Shown here: piece after piece, positions 44,832 to 53,249 of the stretch
Numbering within the stretch: position 1 is the stretch's first letter
Layout: the number at the start of each line of letters is the position of its first letter
Source: a virus
Lineage: Duplodnaviria; Caudoviricetes
DNA length: 64,000 bases
Strand: one strand, 5' to 3'
Virus record (IMG/VR): IMGVR_UViG_3300010429_000979
Location: 1 to 64,000 of that record
Translations under genes and position numbers: made by a program
The notes under the pieces: generated by a model
The model's database searches: none
The model's input: only the letters and a program-made list of their open reading frames with translations
What the model was told of the DNA's origin: nothing

Positions 44832-44869
44832 GATACTATTATACTGAGATTTACTATTATAAAATATAA
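44832..44869 (+). promoter_or_regulatory. two tandem ACTATT motifs before dnaB
   Basis: GATACTATT (44832) and TTACTATTATAAAATATAA (44851); second ACTATT is 26 nt before the ATG. Confidence 0.5.
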
Positions 44870-44878
44870 TATCGACTT

Positions 44879-46246
44879 ATGACCTTTGCCGAGAAATTCC
44901 CCTATACCGTTGAATACCAACTAGATCTACTAAGATTCACTGTGACAAATAGGCTAGGATATAAAGCTTTAGAGTTATACCAACCTGACTACTTCTCACT
45001 GCTGGATCACCACATCATTGCTGAAGCACTCAAATCGTTCTATAAAAAGAAAAGGCGGGTCCCTGGTAAGACTCTACTTATAGAAAACCTAACTCAAATA
45101 TTTAAAACTCCAGATTATATCCAATCACTCTTAGAGGATGATCGGAAAAGAATCTTGGGTATCGTAAGAGATCTGTACCATTATCCTTCTGATGATCCGG
45201 ATGAAGTGATGATAAGCTGCAGTAAATTCGCAGCCTATGTGGAGTTAAGGAATACATTGGAAACCATAAACCTAACAGACTTTAATTCCTATGATGGATT
45301 TGCAAACAAGGTAGTAAGGGCTGTTAACATTGGGAACAAAAAGAACGAGGAAGATGGTACATTCTTAATCAAGGATATTAGGGAACGCCAATTAAAACGT
45401 CAGGATGATAACCCAGTAGTTCCAACCCCTTTCTATCAAATCAATTCCTCTACCAATGCAGGAGGGTATATAAGAGGGGGTGTTATCGTAGTCCTTGATA
45501 TGCCTAAGAAATGGAAAACGGGTATGATGATTAACCTGTGTAGGGGATACCTTAAGATGAAGAAAAGGATTTTCTATGCCGACCTTGAGAATGGGCAGGA
45601 TGAATTATCAATAAGGCTTGAACAATCCATAACAAGAAAAACAAAGAAAGAGATTCTTTCTGGTGAATATGACAAGGACGTTCAAAGGATATTAAGGAAA
45701 TACAAGAGATTGGGAGGGGAGGTAGTATTTAAAAGGTTCCCAGCCTATTCAACTACAGCCCACATTGAAGCAGAGATGGAAAGGGCAAAGCGAGATTTCA
45801 ATATGGATTTTGAAATCCTAATGATCGACTACCCAGTTCTAATGAATTCCCTTTCAAACAAGGCCGATGATTTCAATAGGATCTCAGATGTATACCTTGA
45901 TATCTCAAACCTAGCACTGAAACGTGGAATAGAACATGTCTGGTGTGCAGGACACGTAATCAAGATAGCAGATAAAAGGGAAGCTACAAGGTATGAGGAA
46001 AATGACATTGCAAAATGTATCGATATAGTAAGGCACGTCCAAGCAATATGGGGATTGAACCGGAGCCAGGAAGAGATTGATAATGGTATCATGAGAATGG
46101 AATTGGTAGCTCAACGAGATGGTCCTCCAGATAGAAGGGCCTTCTTCACAACTCACATTGAACATCAGAGGGTAGATGAGTTATCAAGAGGAGCCCTAAA
46201 AGTACTGAGAGAGGAAATGGAACATAAAAAGGATACAGATGAATAA
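44879..46246 (+). CDS. dnaB: DnaB-like replicative helicase
   Basis: Walker A-like DMPKKWKT, ADLENG, LMIDYP, AQRDG motifs. Confidence 0.85.
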   Translation: MTFAEKFPYTVEYQLDLLRFTVTNRLGYKALELYQPDYFSLLDHHIIAEALKSFYKKKRRVPGKTLLIENLTQIFKTPDYIQSLLEDDRKRILGIVRDLYHYPSDDPDEVMISCSKFAAYVELRNTLETINLTDFNSYDGFANKVVRAVNIGNKKNEEDGTFLIKDIRERQLKRQDDNPVVPTPFYQINSSTNAGGYIRGGVIVVLDMPKKWKTGMMINLCRGYLKMKKRIFYADLENGQDELSIRLEQSITRKTKKEILSGEYDKDVQRILRKYKRLGGEVVFKRFPAYSTTAHIEAEMERAKRDFNMDFEILMIDYPVLMNSLSNKADDFNRISDVYLDISNLALKRGIEHVWCAGHVIKIADKREATRYEENDIAKCIDIVRHVQAIWGLNRSQEEIDNGIMRMELVAQRDGPPDRRAFFTTHIEHQRVDELSRGALKVLREEMEHKKDTDE

Positions 46247-46412
46247 ACTGGATGGTAAGAAACCCCCGATAAGACATTTTTATGGCGATCCAGATACCCC
46301 AAGTCTTCCGAAAGAGGTTTTAAAAGAGATGTGGAAAGCTGCATATCCGAGATTAGGGAAGAAGATTGGTAAAATTATAATCATGGGTACAGGAGGGGAA
46401 ATCAATGAGTAG
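46239..46412 (+). CDS. 57-aa mini-ORF (not in track) resembling a terminase ATPase segment
   Basis: Hand translation MNKLDGKKPP...EMWKAAYPRLGKKIGKIIIMGTGGEINE; overlaps both the dnaB stop and the primase start. Confidence 0.55.
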   Translation: MNKLDGKKPPIRHFYGDPDTPSLPKEVLKEMWKAAYPRLGKKIGKIIIMGTGGEINE

Positions 46413-47376
46413 TTTTAATAAGGACATAACAGACAGGCTTTATAACTATTTCCAACAGAGGATGGGGTTCTATGATTATAGGAATGGTTGGATGAAAGGG
46501 GATTGTCCGATCTGTGGGAAGGAAGATAAGTTTGGTATCCATTTAGGGAATAACTCTACCAACTGTTTCGTTTGTGGTTCTAGGCCAAGTATCTTAAAGA
46601 TAGTTGCCGACAATGAATCTCTAACACATTACAGGGATATCATGATATTCCTTAAGGCCTATGAGGGTAGCGAATACTTTTATAAGCAGGTAGAAATAAC
46701 ATTACCTAGCTCTGTTGAGTTACCTGATGGCTTCAAGTTAATCACAGATGATTCCTGTTATCTGGGAAAGCTGGCAAATAAAATGGTCAGAAGAAGAGGG
46801 TTCAAACCTAAGGACTTAGCATTAAAAGGATTCGGTTATTGTACTGAAGGAAAATATCTTGGGTATCTGATTATGCCTTTCTACCATAACGGGAAACTGG
46901 TTTACTTTCATGCCCGTAGGGTCATAGATCATGGTCCAAAGTTTAACAACCCTGAACGAGAAGAGGTAGGTATCGGTAAATCAATGGCCCTTTATAACTT
47001 GGATAGCCTTTATATCTATGACTCGATTTATATGGTAGAGTCAGTAATGAATGCCGAGACTCTCGGTGATCAGGGGGTTGCAGGGGGAGGTAAGCTTTGG
47101 TCTGACTACCAGCTTTCATTGGTGATGAGGTCAAATGTTCAAGAAGTTATAATCATTATGGACCCAGATGCTGTGAAGGAGTCGCTGAGGTATTGCTTTT
47201 ATTTTATAGGGCATAAGGAAATAAAGAATATCATATTACCGGAAGGCAATGATGTAAATGATATGGGTAAAGATTATGTCATTGACCTGGTTAATAAAAC
47301 TGAATACCTGAACTACACATCACTAATGAAAATGAAACTGAATGAGGGATCCCAGCATACATATCACCAAGTCTAG
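46405..47376 (+). CDS. DNA primase (Zn finger plus TOPRIM)
   Basis: CPICG...CFVCG zinc domain; VES and MDPDA, DVND TOPRIM motifs. Confidence 0.85.
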   Translation: MSSFNKDITDRLYNYFQQRMGFYDYRNGWMKGDCPICGKEDKFGIHLGNNSTNCFVCGSRPSILKIVADNESLTHYRDIMIFLKAYEGSEYFYKQVEITLPSSVELPDGFKLITDDSCYLGKLANKMVRRRGFKPKDLALKGFGYCTEGKYLGYLIMPFYHNGKLVYFHARRVIDHGPKFNNPEREEVGIGKSMALYNLDSLYIYDSIYMVESVMNAETLGDQGVAGGGKLWSDYQLSLVMRSNVQEVIIIMDPDAVKESLRYCFYFIGHKEIKNIILPEGNDVNDMGKDYVIDLVNKTEYLNYTSLMKMKLNEGSQHTYHQV

Positions 47377-48193
47377 GTTTAAGCTTATCCTTGATAATCT
47401 TCTTCCATCGAATTTCTCAGAGAAACAGGTGAATGATATAACTAAGGATTTCTTCAGGCTTGCTGCACAACATAACCTATCACAAAGATCATTACTATTA
47501 AAACAATCAGATTATGAGAAGAAGGCCAGTCGAGTACTCAGTGCTAATATCGAGGATGCTGACCTCTTTGCCTCCATTCTTACGCTTATCAGAAGAAGGA
47601 AAAAGCACAAAGGTATCACTCAGATCTCAAAAACCTCCAAAGAATGGTTAACCCTAAAACAGATCGTAGCCAATGCTAATAATTTCTATACCGATTTTCC
47701 TTTCGAAACTAAGAAGGAAGCCTATCGAGATTACATCGAAATGGGGATGGATCGCATGTCCAAATATGCCCTCTTCAAATTCCTCGGAATGCATGAGAAT
47801 ATATGTGCAACCTACGAAGCTGTTACACTATCAAAAGATGACCTTTCACCGGCTGAAACTAAGAGGATTCACGATTATTATTGCGGAAAAATTCTCGAGA
47901 GGACCGGAATACTTTCTAACTATAGTAACGATCCGACTAAGTACGTTTACTTTTTCCACGCTAAGGTTGCTGCTAAAAAACTGCGAATCGATTGGAAAGT
48001 GTATATCGATGCTCAATTCCACGGTTTTGAATGGAGAAGTACGATTCCAGACCCTATACAACTTGACGGTGACAAGGCAAGGCAAAGGGCAATAAAGTAT
48101 ATGTATGAAAAGAATATCACTGTCAAGTCTCAGGAAACAATTGACTGGGCTAAAATAAAAAATTCGAATGGTTCGGATCCTGATACAGAATAG
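47342..48193 (+). CDS. hypothetical replication-region protein, 283 aa
   Basis: ORF track; overlaps both neighbours. Confidence 0.7.
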   Translation: MRDPSIHITKSRFKLILDNLLPSNFSEKQVNDITKDFFRLAAQHNLSQRSLLLKQSDYEKKASRVLSANIEDADLFASILTLIRRRKKHKGITQISKTSKEWLTLKQIVANANNFYTDFPFETKKEAYRDYIEMGMDRMSKYALFKFLGMHENICATYEAVTLSKDDLSPAETKRIHDYYCGKILERTGILSNYSNDPTKYVYFFHAKVAAKKLRIDWKVYIDAQFHGFEWRSTIPDPIQLDGDKARQRAIKYMYEKNITVKSQETIDWAKIKNSNGSDPDTE

Positions 48194-49643
48194 TAAATCC
48201 CGTATATCGGGGAGTCTCTCTGACATAACTAAGCTAAGGGGTATCATGTCTATCAGACATCCTAAAGCCTTTTATGTCAGGCAGAAGATGAAGAACAGTT
48301 ATAGCTGGGATGGTACGATTAAATACATTACAGAGGCTGGCTATCTTAAGACCGGACACTTACCGTGGTTAGTTAACATCCTAAAGAAGGAAGAGATTGA
48401 ATTTGAACTGGTAGACCAGAGATCTCATCTCAGGTATGAGCCTTTCGAGATTGAGGATTTAGATGTCGAGGTTCGAGAATACCAAACAGAAGCAGTGGAT
48501 AAGGTATTGGAAAATACCATAGAAGGTATACCATTTCAAAGAGGGATCATCAATGCTGCCACCAATGCGGGTAAGACCATGATGATGATCAAGATCTTTA
48601 AGTCATTCCCAGATGCAAATGGTATCATCCTTATCAATGAATCAACCCTTTACAACCAGTTCCTAAAGGATATGCCCAAGTACTTCGAAGAAGATGAATG
48701 GGGTTACATGCAGGGTAAGAATCTGAAATGGGGAAAGATCATGGTAGCAATGGTACAAACTTTAGTTAGAAATATCAATAAGTTTCAATCAAAACTTTCT
48801 AGTATCGATATCATATTCATTGACGAATGCGACTTATCCACATCCAAAACCTATAAAACGATACTGAACCATATCTATAATGCTACGATCAGGGTTGGTT
48901 TATCTGGGTCAGTCTTCCTTACGAAACTAAAGAGGGATGATATGAAAAATAACGAGGTAAAGGAATACCTCGGAGAGGAGTTATTTAAAATCAAAAACAT
49001 ACAGCTTATGGAAATGGGTTACTCTACTCCAGTAGTAGTCAAAATCATAGAGGGGAATACAAAATTTCCAACCTCTCTTAATTATCCTGAAGTTTATCGA
49101 GAATGCATAACACTTAACACTGACCGTACTAGGAAAGCAGTTGAGAGGGTTAAGTTTAACCTTGAAAGGGGAAGGAAACCTTTGATAGTGGTTTGCCAAT
49201 ACATTGAGCATGTCGAGGTTATGTATGCTGCTATGAGAGGAGCTTTCGGATTAAGGCACAATGTATCTTATGCACACCACGAAACTAAGGATAGGTTAGA
49301 GATCTTCGATGACTTCAGGGTTGGTAAGATTGACATCTTGGTTGTGTCTCAGATTGTCAGGAGGGGTAAGAATTTTCCCTTAATCAAATACATCCTCAAT
49401 GCAGGAGGGGGAGACTCATCTGCTAACGTCCTGCAGATTGTTGGTAGGGGTGTTAGGAAACATGAGTCAAAGAGTAAGGTTTGGGTTGAAGACTTCTGGG
49501 ATATGGGAAAATATATACAGGACCATTCCAAGCACAGAGTCCTAACATACAAGCAAGAGGGATTTAAAATAATTTCTTTATTGACTGGTGATACTATTAT
49601 TAAGAAAAAGAAAACCAATGGCAAAAGAGGAAAGAAAGCCTAG
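48168..49643 (+). CDS. SF2 DNA helicase (UvsW-like)
   Basis: REYQ, AATNAGKT, FIDECD, GLSGS, QIVGRGVR motifs. Confidence 0.9.
   Translation: MVRILIQNSKSRISGSLSDITKLRGIMSIRHPKAFYVRQKMKNSYSWDGTIKYITEAGYLKTGHLPWLVNILKKEEIEFELVDQRSHLRYEPFEIEDLDVEVREYQTEAVDKVLENTIEGIPFQRGIINAATNAGKTMMMIKIFKSFPDANGIILINESTLYNQFLKDMPKYFEEDEWGYMQGKNLKWGKIMVAMVQTLVRNINKFQSKLSSIDIIFIDECDLSTSKTYKTILNHIYNATIRVGLSGSVFLTKLKRDDMKNNEVKEYLGEELFKIKNIQLMEMGYSTPVVVKIIEGNTKFPTSLNYPEVYRECITLNTDRTRKAVERVKFNLERGRKPLIVVCQYIEHVEVMYAAMRGAFGLRHNVSYAHHETKDRLEIFDDFRVGKIDILVVSQIVRRGKNFPLIKYILNAGGGDSSANVLQIVGRGVRKHESKSKVWVEDFWDMGKYIQDHSKHRVLTYKQEGFKIISLLTGDTIIKKKKTNGKRGKKA
49590..49609 (+). promoter_or_regulatory. putative phage-specific promoter (GATACTATTATTAAGAAAAA)
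   Basis: ACTATT 25 nt before the ATG at 49618. Confidence 0.5.
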
Positions 49644-50007
49644 AGACACTGATGAATTTGAGGAAGAGGGTTTACTCTTAACCCCATTCGATGTTCGTCA
49701 ATTAGGTACTGATGATGATCCTTGCTTCGGAAAACTCTATGACCTTAAAGCAGAGGAATGTAAAGTCTGCGGTGATATTGAAGTCTGTGCAATAGCATTC
49801 TCACAAAAGCTAACCCTGAAAAGGTTAGAGATTGAATCAGAAGGAAGCTTCAAGGATTTGGATGAAGCTAAGTTTCGTAGTGGGGATAATGGGGTTAAGC
49901 AATTCGTGGTAGGAGAGATTATTAAGGGAACTCCGAAGATCATTATCATCCGTGAAGGTATGAAAAAATTCAATGTAAGTCGTGAAATAATTAAACAAAA
50001 CTTTTAA
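49618..50007 (+). CDS. 4-Cys metal-binding hypothetical protein (start moved to ATG 49618)
   Basis: PCFG...ECKVCGDIEVC cluster; HTH-like C-terminus. Confidence 0.6.
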   Translation: MAKEERKPRDTDEFEEEGLLLTPFDVRQLGTDDDPCFGKLYDLKAEECKVCGDIEVCAIAFSQKLTLKRLEIESEGSFKDLDEAKFRSGDNGVKQFVVGEIIKGTPKIIIIREGMKKFNVSREIIKQNF

Positions 50008-50009
50008 TC

Positions 50010-50480
50010 GTGGAACTGAGATCAATTAAGGTACACAGTGGATATTTTATATCTGACGAGGGTGATGTATATCATAATGGCAAAAAGAAAAATAAGTATA
50101 TCAATCCTCGTAATGGTTATTACAGGTTAATGATACAGGGCAAAAACTATCGGTTATGTCAATTAGTGGCTAGGCGCTTTGTTGAAAATCCCAGTAATAA
50201 ACCCAACATCAACCATAAAGATGGGAACAAGTTAAATGACAAAGCCGGGAACCTTGAATGGGTTACTCAGCAGGAAAACATTGATCATGCTATCTCAATG
50301 GGCCTTGAAAATTTCAAGGGCATTAATAACCCAATGGGAAAGTATACGAAGGAGGATGTAGAAAAGATGAGATCAATGAAAAAGCTTGGCTTTACCCAAC
50401 GCAGAATAGCAAAAGAATTCGGCTCAACTCAAGGGTATATTTCTCAAGTACTGAGCGGGAAAAAACAAATATATGTTTAA
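50010..50480 (+). mobile_element. free-standing HNH homing endonuclease
   Basis: INHKDGNKLNDKAGNLEWVTQQENIDH HNH motif plus C-terminal HTH (IAKEFG). Confidence 0.88.
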
Positions 50481-50503
50481 TTTAATAAGAAAGGAGTACC
50501 ATT

Positions 50504-51301
50504 ACGGACATTCGCGACATTAAAGAAGTAGTACCATGTCCCTGTGGGACAGGATTAGAGCAGATGTGGGATCTGCAAATGGAATTGGTAAACCATTACA
50601 TCGAGATTGAGAAAGTCCCACCTCCAGTATGGGAATTGGATGTGAAGGAACATCAGATAAACGTCAAGGATTTCCTTGCACGGGTAACTGAAGAACTCGG
50701 AGAAGGGTTTGAATCGTATGAGATCATGTATGAGAATCGTGCAGAACCCCATTTCGATAACATCCCGTATCTTCAGAACCTTAACGAAGAGATCTCAGAT
50801 GCTTTGCACTTCCTCATCGAGGCTTCAATCTTTACTGGAGTAACCATTGAGAACATCCTTCACGGGTTTAGGAGACATGCCCTAAATGATTTAGAATGGG
50901 CAAGGAAGGACCTATTAACCTATTTCCTATTGATTTCAAGAAGGTTAAATGAGTACTCAATCTCATCATTCATTGGTAAGATGATCGCTATACCAGAGAA
51001 TGAAGATCTTGCATTCCTTCAAGGTGGTAGGCATATCTCCAAAAAAGGTTTGGATGAATTGGCAGTCAGGATGTGGGATGTAACATTCTCAATCCAGTTA
51101 GCCAGGAATTCTCTGAAGAACAAACCTTGGAAGCAAACCAACATGAGAACTGATGAGAACCAATTCAAACACCACATGGTTCAGGCCTGGATTAAAATGT
51201 TCAGGTTACTGGAATATATGGGATATAATGAGGAGGGTATCTTCACAATCTATTTCAAGAAAAATCGGGTTAACTTATTCCGTATCAAATCAAAATACTA
51301 A
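50504..51301 (+). CDS. all-alpha NTP pyrophosphatase (dCTPase/dUTPase, MazG-like); start probably upstream of the track ATG at 50564
   Basis: EELGE and EEISDALHF motifs; in-frame extension to ACG at 50504 behind AGGAG. Confidence 0.75.
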   Translation, partial: TDIRDIKEVVPCPCGTGLEQMWDLQMELVNHYIEIEKVPPPVWELDVKEHQINVKDFLARVTEELGEGFESYEIMYENRAEPHFDNIPYLQNLNEEISDALHFLIEASIFTGVTIENILHGFRRHALNDLEWARKDLLTYFLLISRRLNEYSISSFIGKMIAIPENEDLAFLQGGRHISKKGLDELAVRMWDVTFSIQLARNSLKNKPWKQTNMRTDENQFKHHMVQAWIKMFRLLEYMGYNEEGIFTIYFKKNRVNLFRIKSKY

Positions 51302-52065
51302 TGAGAGTAAAGGTATTAGAATATGGCTCTAGCCAGGAGGCCTGGGAAGGCATCAATGAATACTTCCTTACAGAGGAAGAGACTATCCTTAAGTATGGTG
51401 GTAAAAGGCCAGGGTCACAACTCATTGCCTATGACACATTAGTAAGGATCAGAAACTCTTGGGTTGATCCTAAGTTTGATTTCGGGAAGATGTTCAATTA
51501 CCATCCTCACAAATGGAACAGGCTCATCTCCAACTATATGGATATGAATGTGTTGGATCTGGTAAAGGCAGAGGTCCAAAGCAGAGAGAGGAAGAAGTCA
51601 TCATCATACAATGTTGCATTCCTATTCAGTAATGCTCACGCCTCTGGTAAGGGGTGTCTGTTATCCTGTACCTTTACACGCAGGTCTGGGGAACCAAATC
51701 CAATCCTAATTATTAACCTTAGGTCATCAGAGATTGTTAAGAGACTTATCTTTGACTTCTTGTTAATACAAAGGATTGGAGAATATGTATATGGTGATCG
51801 TAACATATCTCTTCAGATCTTTTTCCCAAACATGTATACCAACTCAGAGACCTCTATCATGTATGATATCCATAAGCCAATCCTAAAGTTGGAAGGGTTT
51901 ACTGGTGAGTTACCATTTCAGAAGTCAGTCATTGATAAGATGGAGGAATTCAAACTCATTGACCCTGAGAAAATCAAATACGGTATCCATCGTAGGGCAG
52001 CTAGGGTTATACAGGGTACGGGGAAAGCTCCTGCGTTACTAGCGGAGATGTGCAACCTCAAGTGA
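51301..52065 (+). CDS. divergent thymidylate-synthase-fold protein 1
   Basis: KGCLLSCTF (catalytic-Cys-like) and LRSSEIVKRLIFD motif. Confidence 0.65.
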   Translation: MRVKVLEYGSSQEAWEGINEYFLTEEETILKYGGKRPGSQLIAYDTLVRIRNSWVDPKFDFGKMFNYHPHKWNRLISNYMDMNVLDLVKAEVQSRERKKSSSYNVAFLFSNAHASGKGCLLSCTFTRRSGEPNPILIINLRSSEIVKRLIFDFLLIQRIGEYVYGDRNISLQIFFPNMYTNSETSIMYDIHKPILKLEGFTGELPFQKSVIDKMEEFKLIDPEKIKYGIHRRAARVIQGTGKAPALLAEMCNLK

Positions 52066-52072
52066 TAAGGAT

Positions 52073-52090
52073 TTACTATTAATATAAAAA
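52073..52090 (+). promoter_or_regulatory. putative phage-specific promoter (TTACTATTAATATAAAAA)
   Basis: ACTATT 24 nt before the ATG at 52099. Confidence 0.55.
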
Positions 52091-52098
52091 TAATAACT

Positions 52099-52812
52099 AT
52101 GAGAATTTATGCCACACCCTATGAACTCATGTCAGAAATCATGAGGGAGGTATGGGAAATGGGGGAAATCGTCCATCCGGCTTCAATGCAAAACAAGGAT
52201 GTAAGGGACAATGATGACTACATTACCAAGGAAATACTCAACTATTCCTACTGCCTTAAATCCTTAACTCCAGAGAATGATGAACCCTTATTCATTTTCT
52301 CTAATGCCAAGGATTGGGCTGCTCGGGAATTGCTTGAAAGGGTATCTGGTAGGCCACTTAATCCTGGACATGCTTGGGAATTACGGAAAGAAGTATGGAC
52401 TGAGTTCCTTAACAAGGAGGGTAAGTTTGATTATACCTATCCTGAAAGGATTCACATCTACCTTGAGCCTATCATCAATGAGTTAAAACGTAACCCAGAT
52501 TCAAGGCAATGCGTTCTCTCAATCTGGGACAGGCAAAAAGATATCAGATTCTTGGGTGGTAAACGCAGGATTCCTTGCTCAGTCTACTATCAATTCCTAT
52601 TAAGGAATGGGAAACTGCACATCATTTACAACCAACGTTCTGCTGATGTAGTAACCCATTTCGGTAATGACGTATGGCTTGCTTGGATGCTAAAGGAATC
52701 AGTAGCCTTCACAATCGGAGTTCCTGGTGGTGATCTATTCCATAACATTGCCTCACTCCACAGCTACAAAAAGGATTGGGAAACACTTAAACAAGGAATA
52801 TCTAAACGATGA
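52099..52812 (+). CDS. thymidylate-synthase-fold protein 2, dCMP hydroxymethylase-like
   Basis: PDSRQ, RIPCSVYYQF, QRSADVVTHFGND, SLHSY; Asp at the E. coli ThyA N177 position. Confidence 0.8.
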   Translation: MRIYATPYELMSEIMREVWEMGEIVHPASMQNKDVRDNDDYITKEILNYSYCLKSLTPENDEPLFIFSNAKDWAARELLERVSGRPLNPGHAWELRKEVWTEFLNKEGKFDYTYPERIHIYLEPIINELKRNPDSRQCVLSIWDRQKDIRFLGGKRRIPCSVYYQFLLRNGKLHIIYNQRSADVVTHFGNDVWLAWMLKESVAFTIGVPGGDLFHNIASLHSYKKDWETLKQGISKR

Positions 52813-53249
52813 AAAGGATTTCTAGGGATGAACTTGCAATTTCCATTGCCAGGCTTTTTGCAAAAAGAGGAACATGTGGTCGACGCCAAGTCGGATGCTG
52901 CCTAACCATTGACGGTAGGGTTATTGCTTCTGGTTACAATGGTACGCTTCCAGGGTCTCACCACTGTTCCCTCCTAGAACCTAAATCAGAACGAACATGC
53001 GATCCAACACTCCACTGTACAGATGCAGTTCATGCTGAGGCTAATATGATCGCTTACTGTGCAAAACACGGGATAGCAACAAAGGATTCTATCCTTTACA
53101 CTACCAGTTTCCCATGTAAGAAATGCGCAGAGTTGGTAATCCAAGCAGGTATCATAACAGTATATTATGACAGGGGGTATCATAAGGAATTAGATGATGA
53201 AGTGAAACAGATGTTTCTTAATGCAAAGGTAGACTTCCACGAGATATGA
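52809..53249 (+). CDS. dCMP deaminase
   Basis: GYNG, HAEAN, FPCKKC zinc motifs. Confidence 0.92.
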   Translation: MKRISRDELAISIARLFAKRGTCGRRQVGCCLTIDGRVIASGYNGTLPGSHHCSLLEPKSERTCDPTLHCTDAVHAEANMIAYCAKHGIATKDSILYTTSFPCKKCAELVIQAGIITVYYDRGYHKELDDEVKQMFLNAKVDFHEI

